From: Rhynchobatus australiae
Lineage: Eukaryota
Assembly: GCA_034780895.1 (NCBI GenBank)
Contig: JAUZTB010000062.1
Span: forward strand, 15,173,795 to 15,237,794
Length of the DNA stretch: 64,000 nt
Direction: 5' to 3'
The position numbers and the translations under genes were made by a program. Shown here piece by piece: positions 13,290-26,230 of the stretch. Under the pieces are notes generated by a model. That model did no database searches and was not told the origin of the DNA. It saw nothing but the letters and a program-made list of their open reading frames with translations. Position 1 is the first letter of the stretch. Each line of letters starts with the position of its first letter.

Positions 13290-14148
13290 GCAGGTGAAAC
13301 ATGCATTTGGAAGCGACACAAGCCATCATCAACTTGTTCACTCAAGTGTACGAGAGAACGGGCCTTCACCCAACATCTGTGACACAAAGGTCCTCTATCA
13401 ATGTGCTCCTGCTGCATCACCTGGCCTCCAACAATAAGGTTTCACAGTGAGACCCCAAAAACATGAATCAGTTCCCATGTCTCAAGAGCCAACTCTCAAC
13501 AAAGACAGACATCAATAATGAGAATCACCACTACCTTCAATCTCCAGAAAAGCCTTCATTGCTTGAGGTAAAGGATATTTGGAAATCAAGATCAGACACC
13601 TGGCACAAAACTTGATCTATGGGGTAGCAATGACCTCTGCTCTCCTATTTGATTCTAAGGCCTGGACTACCTGCAGCAACACCGCAAGGCACCAGAAAGA
13701 TAACACCAACGCTACTCCTGCAAAATTCTTAAAAGACATTGGAGAGATAAGTGAACGCCAGTGTTGTATCCAAGCACAACTCTGTTGGTCACAGTGTGTA
13801 GCCCACGTGGCTCACATAAGCAACACCAGACTCCCAGAACAGGCACTCTATTATGAAATCTGTCGCAGATTACCAGGTGGACAGTGCAAAGTATTCCAGG
13901 ATGTGCTCAAAACCTCATTGACGAAATGCAACTTCCCCACTGACTCCAAGGAATTTCTGGCTCATGACTGTCCAAAATGGAGAAGATTTGGGATGGTGTT
14001 GAGGAACTTGAGTCCATGCATCAGGAGCACACAGAAGCCCTGCATAAGTGGCAGAAGGAGCAGACCACCTGATAAACTAACCCCCTGCCTTGCCCGTCAA
14101 GCACTTCCTGCCCCATCTGTAGAAGAGTCTGCAATTCCCATATTGGCC
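13290..14148 (+). mobile_element. RTE (BovB-like) LINE C-terminal fragment
   Basis: Peptide QLCWS..AHVAHISNTRLPEQALY.EI...GGQCKVFQDVLKTSL..C...DCPKWRR. Confidence 0.8.
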
Positions 14149-15234
14149 NNNNNNNNNNNNNNNNNNNNNNNNNNNNNNNNNNNNNNNNNNNNNNNNNNNN
14201 NNNNNNNNNNNNNNNNNNNNNNNNNNNNNNNNNNNNNNNNNNNNNNNNAACAAATGGAACTATAGCATCAGATAAAGAAATTACCCTTCGAAAATTACAT
14301 TGGAATGCTGAGCAAAAATGCTGGGTAATTGTTGAAACTTCCTTGTTAAAACTTCCTAGTTAAAACTTGAAGGAGGACTCCCATCACAAAGGGCTTTTTC
14401 AGGAAATAGCTTATTTATTTGAGTAGTGTAACATTAAATATCACATCATTTTGAAAGCTTAATGAATTTACAGGAAGAAGGATAATAATGTTACCAGTTA
14501 CTTAACATCACCAACAAAATGTATTAAATGCAGCAAAACACACAGTGAAAGTCAAGAGATGTGCCCTTTGATGCAGAGACATTTGTTATGAAAATAAGTT
14601 TCATTGCGATAATTTCTAAAATATGGAATAGGTAGCTGCTGAAATATTGTTAATTATGATTTTGAAAAGTTTGGAAAATATTAATGGAAGAATAATTCCC
14701 ATTATTTTGAAGGCCACATGTTATGACTTGTGTACAAATTCTTTTTGGTTGCATATTGTATGGATTCAATTCACCACATAGTGTGTGCCTGATGCAATGA
14801 GAGAAAAGTCATATAGGGTCTTGGTTATATTATGAATTATGTAGTGATGATAATGTTCAGAGGCATAGCATTATTTGAGGTTTGTTAAAGGTTAAATTCA
14901 AATACAACCATTAAGGAAAGCAAGGGTTTGTGTTAGCTCTGCTTTGAAGTCATGTAAATAGTGAGGGTGATATCATGGGGACTTTTGAAAAGAAATCTGG
15001 AAAGTACTTACCGGTGTTAACTGGCAATGGAGCAGGAAAATCCACTGCAACTGAATGTACTTGACTTCCATTACTTGTTTTCTGCCTTTGAAAGAAATCA
15101 TTGACAAAGGTTCCATTGTTAGTAAGTACTTTTGTTGTTAATGTGAATAAGGTAAGGACACTGTTAAATAAAAAACAATCTCGAACAACAATATGATCAA
15201 AGTTTTTTGAGTGTAGCTCTAAAAATACTGCAAG

Positions 15235-15475
15235 AATCAGGAGCAGGAGTAACTCAATCAGCCCCTGGAGCCCGCTTCATCATTCAATAAGATTGTGGCT
15301 GATCCAACTTTGGCCTCAACACCACTCCCTGTCCCCTTGGTTCCCTTGTGTCCAAATGTCTCNNNNNNNNNNTTGAATATATTCAGTGACTGCTCCTAAA
15401 GCTCTGGGGTAGAGAATTCCAACGATTCATGATCCTTCGGGAAAAGAAGTTCTTCCTCCTGAATTCCGTGATCTT
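15235..15475 (-). mobile_element. CR1 LINE 3' end
   Basis: Minus peptide RKNFFSRRIMNRWNSLPQ plus CR1-type 3' UTR. Confidence 0.75.
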
Positions 15476-16436
15476 AACTTGCGCTGAATGACAGAAATCT
15501 GATTGAAATTGGGTGCAATATTTCATTAGCATAAATCTATAGGTAGCAGTTGGGTATTCTAAGGCCTGACTGATTCTGGCTGGCTCTGACCCAAAGATCA
15601 GAGTGAGGGAGAAGTGAAGTGGAGAGGTCAGACAACACTGGGATAACCTGCCGTACATCTATGGACCCAGATGAATCACTCCTGCTCCTTTTGGTTCCAC
15701 AGAACTTGAACTATTGAAACCTTGTTCACCAGAATGCTTGGGGTAATGATAGTGAATTTTTCCTCTTTTTAGTGTCTGATGTAAGAACACCTTGCATACC
15801 CTCAACTCCAGAATATAGCTCCAGTGGTTGAAAGAAAATCTAAAACTAGTTAATATGTTTGCAATTTGTGAGAGAAAAATTAATCATTCCTTGCTAAGTT
15901 TTTCACCCTGTTTCTCTCAGCATGCTGAGGGGATTGTACTAAAGATTAAGAAAAACACACTGTTTAAAATGAGTTCAAATCCAATATTTTACAGTTCTTG
16001 GTCATTTTTGTTATTTTTTTTAACTCTTATATTTTTTCTCCAAAGCAGCTTTTCCAATATTCTCTCCTGATGCCTCTGTTATTTTTCAGCACACTGTTCA
16101 TTCAGATCTGGTTTGCAAGTTTTTGCTGGGTTGTTCAGCTCGTGAGCAAATAAATGCAGTGTCTTGTGTACAGTACATTCCTGCACAGGCGACCACACCA
16201 AGCCAAGGCACATACCAATGATTCCTCTCATAGTGAGTTCTCATTCTCAACCTTGCCAAGTGAGGAAGGTGTGAAAGGCATGGGGAAAGGCGAGAGAGCA
16301 GAGGTTAAATTACAGGAGTATCCCATGTACATATTCTGCTGTTGATCATAAAGTCACAGAGAGGAGCTCTTGGAGTTTCCTTAGGGAACTGTGTTTTTAT
16401 TCTTAATAAGATTTTAATCTTATTTGCATTGCCTAG

Positions 16437-16723
16437 TTGGTGTTGGTTTTGGTATTGGTTTATTATTGTCACTTGTACTGAGTTACAGTGAAAAACCAAT
16501 CGTACAGGTCAATTCATTACACAGTGAGACATTGAGTTAGTACAGAGTGAATTGAGGTAGTACAGGTAAAAACAATAAACAGTACAGAGTAAAGTGTCAC
16601 AGCGACAGAGAAAGTGCAGTGCAGGTAGATAATAAGGTGCAAGGTCACAACAAGGTAGATCGTGAGGTCAGAGACCATCCATCTCATCGTCTAAGGGAAG
16701 CATTCAATAGTCTTATCACAGTG
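16437..16723 (-). mobile_element. Rex-Babar LINE 3' end
   Basis: (TTGGTA)-like tail and PTVIRLLNA peptide; closely similar to 24813-25090. Confidence 0.8.
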
Positions 16724-18724
16724 GGATTTCCACCAAGTTGGAGCTTTAACTGTCCTGCTTGGCAGACAGGTATAGACTTGCATGGGCCAAAAATGACAAA
16801 TATAACTATTAGAAACAGAATGGAGGATGGGTGAGATGGGGGTGGTGTAGAGTAAGCACTACCTGTAAACATTTAAATTAACAATGGATCAGTTTATGAG
16901 ACCTCCACGATATCCACATCTTCTGCTTGGATTCATATTCCATAAGGTTGAACCAAAGTGCCAATGAGACGATGTGGTCCTGTTTGTTCCATGACTACGT
17001 TTGCCTTGTAGGGTCCTCATGGAGAAATCATTTTAAGACCACCTGAGTCTTGAGACACTGATGTTACCTCATCAAAATCACTTGTTCAATTTATCTGCAC
17101 TCGCTAATCAGGATTAATTTGTTGCAATTTGTCTCTTTCTATCTCGCACTCTTGACCTACCCCCTGATTGTCTTTATCCCCACCATAGGTCACAAGTACT
17201 GAGCTAATCCAATCAAACGGCAGGCATGCACTGATTGGCCGTGAGTCTTTCAGAACATTGCCTCTGCAATTAGCTCTTGCAAGGAATGTCCCACTACCCA
17301 ATGGAAAAACACTAAGGATGTCAGTCATCAGGTTAGTGTGATGGGTGTTGCTAGGACACACAGTGATAGTGCCACAGGACAGTCTAGAGTTTATTTAAAA
17401 GTAACTGTTTCTGACAGGCTTGATCCTGGTGCCATTGCCTTAACATTGCCTCTGTCTGATTTGGAATTCTGCTGAGGCATCAATTCAAATTTACTGTTCC
17501 AGTCTTGCGTCAGTTTCAACTGAAGCTTTCTTGCATTGATATATAACCTAGGAGTGAATGTGTACACGAAGAGNNNNNNNNNNNNNNNNNNNNNNNNNNN
17601 NNNNNNNNNNNNNNNNNNNNNNNNNNNNNNNNNNNNNNNNNNNNNNNNNNNNNNNNNNNNNNNNNNNNNNNNNNNNNNNNNNNNNNNNNNNNNNNNNNNN
17701 NNNNNNNNNNNNNNNNNNNNNNNNNAGAATCTTGCAGGAGGAAGTCTTATTCTTCATTTCTATAATGGAACTTTACATTGGATATTCCTCCTCTGTTAAG
17801 CAGCAGTCCAAAGCAGGGCTAGTCTTATACTGATACCAATTTGTGGAATGTGAAGAAGTTGTAAAGTCATTTACTTTGCTTGCTGACTGGCCATTCAACT
17901 CTGCATGTGTAGTGCTGAAGGGTGAACAAACTGAATGTGTCAAAACTACATTTCAAAGTACAATACAATGGAATAATCCCCTGACTCTCACCATCCCCCA
18001 TTAATGATTATCATGAGAATTATTTCTGTCCTATTACAAACCAGAAGTGGACATCCCCTGCAACATTTATGTGAAACAGGACATGATTTAATTTATGCTT
18101 TGACAAGCATGGAAAGCGTGCATCAAGATGTTGAATGTAAAACTGATTTTCATCAGAGTGATATGAGCTTAAGGGAAATCAGAAGCCCTATTACAACCAC
18201 ATTTTCCTTCCATTGGTTTCAGTACAGAAACAAGTAAAATTAACTACCTATTCATCACAAAACCCTTTTACAATACTGCAAAGACTGAGTTGGTTCCAAG
18301 TACAGTTTTAACTACCATCAGTAAATTCATTAATCTTTATTACTCTAACACAGTTAAAAATATGTCCTCAGGAAGTATTGGTAATTGTCAAGCTATTTTA
18401 CGATTTTATTTCCCTGGCAACTGCAAAATTGGATATAATTTCAGACACTGAACTACTGCAACTAGAACAATGAGAGAAAACTGAATTTATTTAAAATAAA
18501 TCAATTCCTATTTTGTCAAAATGAATACAATGCAGTTACATTACTGTATTATGCTGAGCTTATTTTCTGGATACCAGGAAAAAGGTACAAAACCAAAATG
18601 CAGTAAATGCTGGAAATCTGAAATAACATAGAAAATGCTTGAAATACTTAATAGAACTGATAAAAGACTTGAAAGATTAACTCTGTTTCTCTCTCCACGG
18701 ATGATATTTGATCTGCTGAGTACA

Positions 18725-19950
18725 GACATATGAACATACATGACACATACTGTACATACAAATCAGGAGCAGAAGTAGACCACTTGGCCCTTCAAGCCTC
18801 CTCTACCATTTCATAAAGATCGTGGCTAATCTGATTGGAACCACAACTTTTCTTTCAAGTCTACCCATGGTAACTTTTCATACTCAATCTTCCCCAGCCT
18901 CTCTTATGAAATATCTGTCTCAAGACTTTGTTTCCACCACCCTTTGAGGAAGATTCACGATCTTCTAGGAGAAAAAAAAATTCATCTCATCTCTGTCTTA
19001 AATGGATGATCCCTTATTCTCGAACATTGACCTCTGTTTTTAAATTCTCCCACAGAAGGGAGCATCCTCTCCACATTAACCCTATCAAGACTTCCCAGGA
19101 TCTCATATATTTCAATCAAATCCCTTCTCACTCTTCTAAACTCCAACAGATACATGCCTGGACCATCCAACCATTCCTCATAGATCGACATATTAATCTG
19201 GTAAACATTCTCTGAATAGCTTCCATTGTGTTAATATTCTTGCATTAATAAAGAGGCCATTGCTGTATTCTAGAGATGGTTTCACTCATGCCTTAAATCA
19301 CTGAAGCATGACCTCCCTACTTTTATATTCACTTTAACAAAAAGAAAAAATAATACTGTTTGTTTCCTAAATACTTGCAGTGCCTGCATATCAGCTTTTT
19401 GCAAATCATACTCCATGACCCTCTGCATTTCAGAGCTTTGCAGTTCTCTCATCTTTTAGATAGTATGCTTCTTTAAATTTTTTCTGCCAAAAGGGAAATT
19501 TTCACATTTTCCCACTCCATTGCCAGATTGCCCATTCAGCTAATCTATTTATATCCCCTTGTTGCTGCCTTACGTACTTTTTACACATACTTTCTGACCT
19601 ATCTTTGTGTCATCAGCAAATGTATCAACCATATGTTCAGTGCCTTCATCCAAGATATTTATATAAATTTTACAATTTATTGAAATGTTTTAGATGAAGC
19701 CACTGAAAGTATGCTTCAGTCCCTGTGGCACGCTGTTCTACATCTTACCGATCAGGAAAAGAGGCATTTATGCCTCGTTTCTGTCTCCTGTTAGCCATTA
19801 GTCTTCTATCCATGCCAGTGTGTTACCTTCCATGTTATGAGTTTTCATTTTCAACAATAACCTTTAATGTGACACTTTATCATATGCCTTCTGGAAATCT
19901 AGATCTGGTACACTTATCCACAGCACGTTACTCCTTTGAAGAATTTCCAG
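18725..19950 (-). mobile_element. CR1 LINE, 3' part with internal deletions
   Basis: Minus peptides LDFQKAYDKVSH and LEFRRVRRDLIEIYEILGSLDRVNVERM...FKTEMR. Confidence 0.8.
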
Positions 19951-20469
19951 CATTTTCTGTTTGCATTTCTGGAATATAGAAAATGGACACCACCATGTGC
20001 AACTATGTTCAAGCCAACATATTATCTGATCATTAAATGAGACCAAATGGCTTCTGTTCATATGGGCAATGGGCTTGAAATGAAGAGTCCAGTTTCTGAT
20101 ATGTCTGGCATATGTGATGTCTTACTGTTGAGGAAAACATTATCAGATGAAATTATCCTCCTATGCCAATTGATGCTTCCTTCCTAGAGAATGTGTTGGC
20201 ACCTTGCTCATTGCAAACACTGGTGAATGTGCTCTGGAGGCTAGTTTACAAGGCAGGTGTCCCTGGGTGTGGCAGGGGGTGGGGGGGGGCGCGGGTGAAT
20301 GCAGCAACATAAAACCTTCCTGTCCACCATATACTTGTTGATGCACAAAGAACCACCTTTGTTCTGCAATGCTCTGCAGTAAATTACACAACCATGTGAC
20401 AGGTTGGATGTAACACACATTGATAACTTCAAAGCTTGATGAATCTGAGGTTATTTTCTCATACTTTCC

Positions 20470-20770
20470 CGGGATATAGAAGGAGGCCATTCACCACATC
20501 GTGTTTATGCTAGCTCTTAGCAATCCCATCAATCTCAGTTCCCCAATCATCTCCCTGTAAACTGTTTTCCCTCAGATGCCCATTAACTTCCCTCTGATTT
20601 TCCTATCACCCACCAACACAATTTACAGAAGCCAATTAACCTACTAACTAGCACATCTTTGTGATGTGGGAGGAAAGCAGTGCACCCAGGGAGAACATAC
20701 AAACTCCGCACAGAAAGCACTGGAGGTCAGTATTGAGCTCAGGTAACTGGAATAGTGGAGCAGCAGCATT
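20470..20770 (-). mobile_element. Degraded V-SINE
   Basis: Reverse V-domain gtgggaggaaa...cacccagggagaacatacaaactcc. Confidence 0.6.
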
Positions 20771-21194
20771 CTATTACATTCAGACACATGGGAGAGTTTA
20801 AAGGCAAGATCAATGGCAAAAGAAGGAAGACTTGGGTATCATTTGCCTTCCTTTGGTATTCCCTGGTAGGCCCCTTCCTTCAGTGAAGGAACATGCCCAG
20901 AACCCAATAAAGAATTTGTAGAGTCTGCATTTTATAATGATGACATAACCAAGAATCCTGAAACAAAATTCAGTCCCCAAAAATCCCTCCAAAAATACAA
21001 AAGATGACAAGGTTCCCTCCTAGAACAATTATTGCACAGGGAAATTCCTGTAACATTGAAAAGAAAACTCAAATAGGAACTGAAGAACCATCCTTGAAAA
21101 GGTAATTCCCATGATCTGATCGCTTATTGCACGGTAGAAATGCAAGGTGTGATTTATAGACCAGGTACCATATTTATCTAAGTTCACTTCCCAT

Positions 21195-21380
21195 TTGAGC
21201 ACAAAAATCTAAGCTGAAACTTCAGTGTAGTACTAAAGAAGTGTTATACTGCTAGAGGTTTGCCTTTTTGATCATAGGTTAATCTGAGGCCCCATCTGTC
21301 TTCTCAGATAAATGTAGAAGATCCACTAGTGCTATGGAATTATCCTTAGTGCCTTGCCAATATTCATCTTTCAAACAAAT
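21195..21380 (+). mobile_element. Deu-domain SINE fragment (SacSINE1-like)
   Basis: gaggccccatctgtcttctcag...aagatcc...gccaatattcatc resembles the Deu core. Confidence 0.6.
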
Positions 21381-21391
21381 TCATTTCTGCA

Positions 21392-21393
<2 letters not shown>

Positions 21394-21425
<32 letters not shown>
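21394..21425. repeat. (TG)16 microsatellite
   Basis: Read directly. Confidence 0.97.
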
Positions 21426-21428
<3 letters not shown>

Positions 21429-22514
21429 ATGCTTTCTGTGATACAGTATGTGTGCGTGCACGTATGTTGTAACTACATTGCAAGAGAAGGGGATTGGGAA
21501 AGGCTGTGCTGATATTTAGTTGGTCTAAACCAATGACATTTATTTGCCACACACTGGAACTATGTCTCAACTTTGGATCAGCAAGCAACAACAGAGATGA
21601 AACAGTGTGGAAAATACTGCAGATCTTTTAAATTTAGCTCAATCACTTTCTCCTGTTTAACAACTTTAAATGAAGCAGTAATATAAATGTTGTAAAAGAC
21701 ACGTTTATTTAGTTGTCTGCCACAAAACCACAATTTTGTAGAATGGACAAATGTTGCTAAATTCTGCTAGACCACTAGGTATATATTTAAATACCAGTCA
21801 GGGAAAAGGCTGAGAAATTACTGGTGCCAACATTATATTTGTGTGTCATTAGTTTGAGGCTAATATTTGTGGTGCTGTAGTTACTGTTATTCTAACAGAA
21901 AAAATATTGTGACACATATAAGAAATTATTCATATAAACTGAGTTCATTGTGGTCTTTTGGGCATTCACAGTCCAATTATTTTAAAGAACTAGGCAATTT
22001 AAATCCAAAGAAACTCAAACTAAACAATTTTAGGTGTTACTGAAATTTGGACCTTCTCGGATTTCATCAGATCTCATTATAAAATGGCCAGACATTTCTT
22101 TATCAGAGGTGCTATATACCAGATGAAACAAAAATAGATTAAAGCTCAGATTTATTGTCCACAATATTCTATAATTTTGAAGAAAAAGGCATTGTTAAAA
22201 CATAGGAGTTCAAGCACTTTCATGGGAGGACTTTATTGTACTTTGGGGATCTATCAATCAATGAATATTTAGCTAGTGTGTGATGTTTAGTCCTGGATTA
22301 CTAATGTCAACTGTAAAATTCTGAGGAACATGACATAATTCAAATACTTGACATTCTTATTAAATGGTTTAGTGCCCGGACAAAATCTGATATGCCTTGT
22401 AATGTTTAGAAGTCTTTAATGGAGCATATACACATTCTACACACTGCCTCAGTTGTTTGTGGATTTTGAGCTAAAACTTTATCTGTGGCAAGATCAAGAT
22501 CTTACAGAGAAAAC

Positions 22515-22730
22515 TAAATATGAACATATAAACATATAAATTGGGAGCATGAGTAGGCCACTTGGTCCCTTGACCCCGCTCTGCTACTTCATAGGATTAT
22601 GGATGATGTGATTGCAGCCTCAACTCTTCATTCAAGTCTACCTGCAATAATCTGTCACCCCTTTGCTTATTAAGTATCTGTCTACCTCTGTCTTAAAAGT
22701 ATTCAAAGTCTCTGCTTCCACTCTCTTTGT
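22515..22730 (-). mobile_element. CR1 3' end fragment
   Basis: Resembles 18725-18950 (ggagca..agtaggccacttgg). Confidence 0.6.
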
Positions 22731-23229
22731 GAAGAGAAAGAACTCCAATTATCCGATCAGGCTTGGAATGGAAAGTTTGGGCGTAAAAGGTTCAAACTGC
22801 ACTTGGAATGTGAAGGTAGTGGGGATATGGTCAGGAAATCAGCTGTGCATTTGGGCTGAAAGTAACATAATGCATCATTTGTTTCTGTCAATGTTTTATC
22901 TACCCATCACTGCCTCTGTGTATTTGGCAAAGGGGACGTTATATGTACTTTGGTGTAGTTAGAGGAAGAACAACAATATTTTCACCAGCAGGTTTGAAGA
23001 TAGTCTGAATGAAGAATTTATCTCCAGTACTAAGCTTAGAAGATTTTAAGAAGCTAGATCATTTATATTATTTGAAGCGTAAAATAGCTGGTCTGATTTG
23101 CAGAGAGATTTTCACCAATGCAACAGTGAATCGATATTTTTAATATATTGTATTGTGCAGTATTGGTGTGTATAGAGCCTTATTGTCACAGGGCATTTCC
23201 CATGTTGATATCTGAATCATTGACTGTAC

Positions 23230-24125
23230 ACTTCAGTTCAAGAAAATCTGCTGGAAGTGCAAACAAGTAGTGGGTATAGAATTATCAGGATTTTCAAAGG
23301 CAGTTGATAAGGTGCCAGGAAGGTTACTACATAAATAATGGAGCACTTGTCTGGAATAAATAGAGGATTGCAGAAGAACAGAAATAATGGGAGTAAGCAA
23401 GTTACTTCAGGTTGGCAAGCTCTATGATCATGGCACCACAGATATCAGGACTGAGCTCTCAGCTATTCATAATGACGGCTGGGGTCAGAAGCAACAACAA
23501 GCACACATATGCCAAGAAATCGGGTTTTAGGCTGTTTTTGGTGCATTAAGCATGTGCTGCATATACTGTCAATGCCCAGTTACATTCCTGCAAATAATGG
23601 TGAAAATAACCAAAACCAAAGTTCTAGCTGTTTACATCCAGAATCAGGTGCTAGAGCAAAATCTATGCAGCTTTGACCTTTGTACCTAAGGGAGGACATA
23701 CTTGCCTTAGCAACAGTGCAGCTTAGTCTTTCCTGGGATCTGGGGATGACTTACGAAGAGAGGTTGAGGAAGCTTGACCGGAGTTGGGAAGAATGAGAAA
23801 TGAGCTCAATGGAGGCAGGCGAGATTGTGAGAGACTTTGATGTCAGATGATGAAAAGCTATTGCCTCAGGCTGGAGAATCTAGAACTGAGGAACATAATC
23901 TCAGATTAAAGAATCCCCCTTTAGGACCCAGATCAGTAGATTTTTCTTTTTCTTTAACAGTTGTGAATCCATTGCTGTGCACTTTCAAGGGAGAGAATAT
24001 TAGACTATAAGGTGTTAGGAGCAAAAGTGAATGGGTTGCAGCATAAGCCATGATCTGACTGAATAGAAGTGCTGGCTCGAGGGGTGAAGTGACCCACTCC
24101 TGCTCTATTCATATGTTCCTGTGTT
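23230..24125 (+). mobile_element. Decayed CR1 fragments
   Basis: gattttcaaaggcagttgataaggtgcc (DFQ.A.DKVP-like) and CR1-type 3' UTR ending atgttcctgtgttc. Confidence 0.55.
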
Positions 24126-24812
24126 CTCATTAGACAGAGATTGACTGCGAGGGGTGGGGTGCAAACAGGAGCACTTTGATCAGAACCCACATTATCATGT
24201 CCCTTCTTATAGTCCTCCACCACTTCTGGGCTAGCAATACCCTCTTGGCATTAGTAATCCAGGAGTTTATTCGACCACCTCTCATCCTACTCATTGTGGG
24301 ATGTAGGGTGTGCAAGTCCTTAGTGAAGGCCTGCGCGCATTATGTGACTCACAGTTGGTGCTCCAAAGTGGTGAGTGCTCTTTCCATGACCCAAGGCATC
24401 ATTGCAAAGATTTGTGACATCCTGCCCTTCAAACTCAATACAAACTCTTCCACTGTCCCTGCAGCTGGGATGCCTGCCACTCACTACCTCACACATTCTC
24501 AAACAGCCCTGCAACCTCCAATGTGGACTTTCTGCTGCTATTGCCTACCTGCCTATGCTCTCTTGAGACACATGGGACACCATGGACATGCCCATCTACC
24601 ATACTGAAATGAACATATCCCTTATTTGTGGATGATTGACATGGGATGTGTGATGGCGCACTCTCAGTGTGATTGACCTGATTGGAGCAACTGTTGTTAT
24701 CGTTGTTCTCCAGTAGAATGTTTTTCTGGATAGTGGAAGATGTTATGGGAGTCAGAAGACATGAGTGAGAACTTGCAGAGAAAGCATGTTTAAGGCTATC
24801 ATTATATCCATG

Positions 24813-25507
24813 ATTGGTATTGGTATTGGTATTGGTTTATTATTTTCACGTGTACCAAGTACAGTGAAAACCTTGACTTGTATATTGTTCGTACAGATCA
24901 ATTCATTACACAGTGCATTGAGGTAGTACAGGGTAAAAACAATAACAGAAAACAGAGTAAAGTGTCACAGCTACAGGGAAGTGCATTGCATGTAGAGAAT
25001 AAGGTGCAAGGTCAAAAAGATAGATTGTGAGGTCAAGAGTCCATCTCATTGTATAAGGGATGCATTCAGTAGTCTTATCACAGTGGGATAGAAGCTGTCC
25101 TTGAGCCTGGTGGTATGTTCCCTCAGGCTCCTGTACCTTCTGCCTGATGAGAGAGGAGAGAAAAGAGAATGACCCGGGTGGGTGGGGTCTTTGATTTTGC
25201 TGGCTTCTTCACCAAGGTAGCAGGAGGTATAGACAGAGTTCATGGAGGGGAGGCTGGTTTCCGTGACACACTGGGCTGTGTCCACAACTCTCTGCAGTTT
25301 CTTGCGGTCCTGGGCAGAGCAGTTGCCATACCAAGCCGTAATACATCCAGATAGGATGCTTTCTATGGTGCATCGGTAAAAGTTGGTGAGTGTCAAAGAG
25401 GACATGCCAAATTTCTTTAGCCTTCTGAAGAATTAGAGGTGCTGGTGAGCTTTCTTGGCCGTGGTGTCTATGTGGTTGGAACAGGACAGGCTATTAGTGA
25501 TGTTCAC
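24813..25507 (-). mobile_element. 5'-truncated Rex-Babar LINE
   Basis: ORF 25046-25405 (LTNFYRCTIESILSGCITAWYGNCS...KDPTHPGHSLF...SGRRYRS...TTRLKDSFYP); (TTGGTA)n tail at about 24814-24836. Confidence 0.9.
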
Positions 25508-25989
25508 TCACTCACTGCTGACGTCCAGTCTGATGAGTGAGAGATCTGTGTAAGATGTCTGAATAACAGAGATTTCTATTGTGCAGCTGTGGAGCCCCAG
25601 CTTCCTGTCTCCAATGTGCATGCATTCCAACACCCTGGTTACCTCCAGGGAAGCCTCCTCTGCAGATGTTAATGAGGTGCTCACTGGAGGCCTAACTGCA
25701 GTTCTCAACCTTTCCCTACTGATCGATACTCTCTCTTCTGCTAGGACAGGAAAAAAGTTTGCAATGTGGGAGTGATATCATGTGCTGTATGGATGGCTTG
25801 GGTGCATTTGTTGCTGGTGACTCTGAGGAAGAGGCTGGCATTGCATAACGATGAGGGTGAAGATCAGCAGTGACTATATAGAAGGGAATGTGAGGAAGCC
25901 AAGAGACAGAGAGCGTGAATGCACCTGCAAGGTGAGTTGGTGTGAGAAGCTTTGTGCTGGAGGAAGGAAAATTGAGAGAGTAGGAATAG

Positions 25990-26230
25990 TATGCCAGTGT
26001 GTGTCACAGTACCACAACTTTCGGCTACTGGTGAGGTCACTAAAGCACTGACACCATTGAGTCCAAGAGGAGGTCCACACCTCTGCATCTCTGCAGCTCA
26101 GCCACTTCTAACCACACATTCTTCAGTTCCTGATGATGGGTCTGTTTACCCTGGCCGTTCCCAGCAGGACATCTGATGAGGCTAATGAATCTAGCAACAG
26201 CTTCACCATATCTGATTTTCTTCTTGTCAC
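25990..26230 (-). mobile_element. Possible Harbinger Myb/SANT second-ORF relic
   Basis: Frameshifted peptides ELKNVWLEVAEL and SWTQWCQCFSDLTSSRK resemble the W.EVA...RTW.QCRKRFNDL trihelix pattern. Confidence 0.4.
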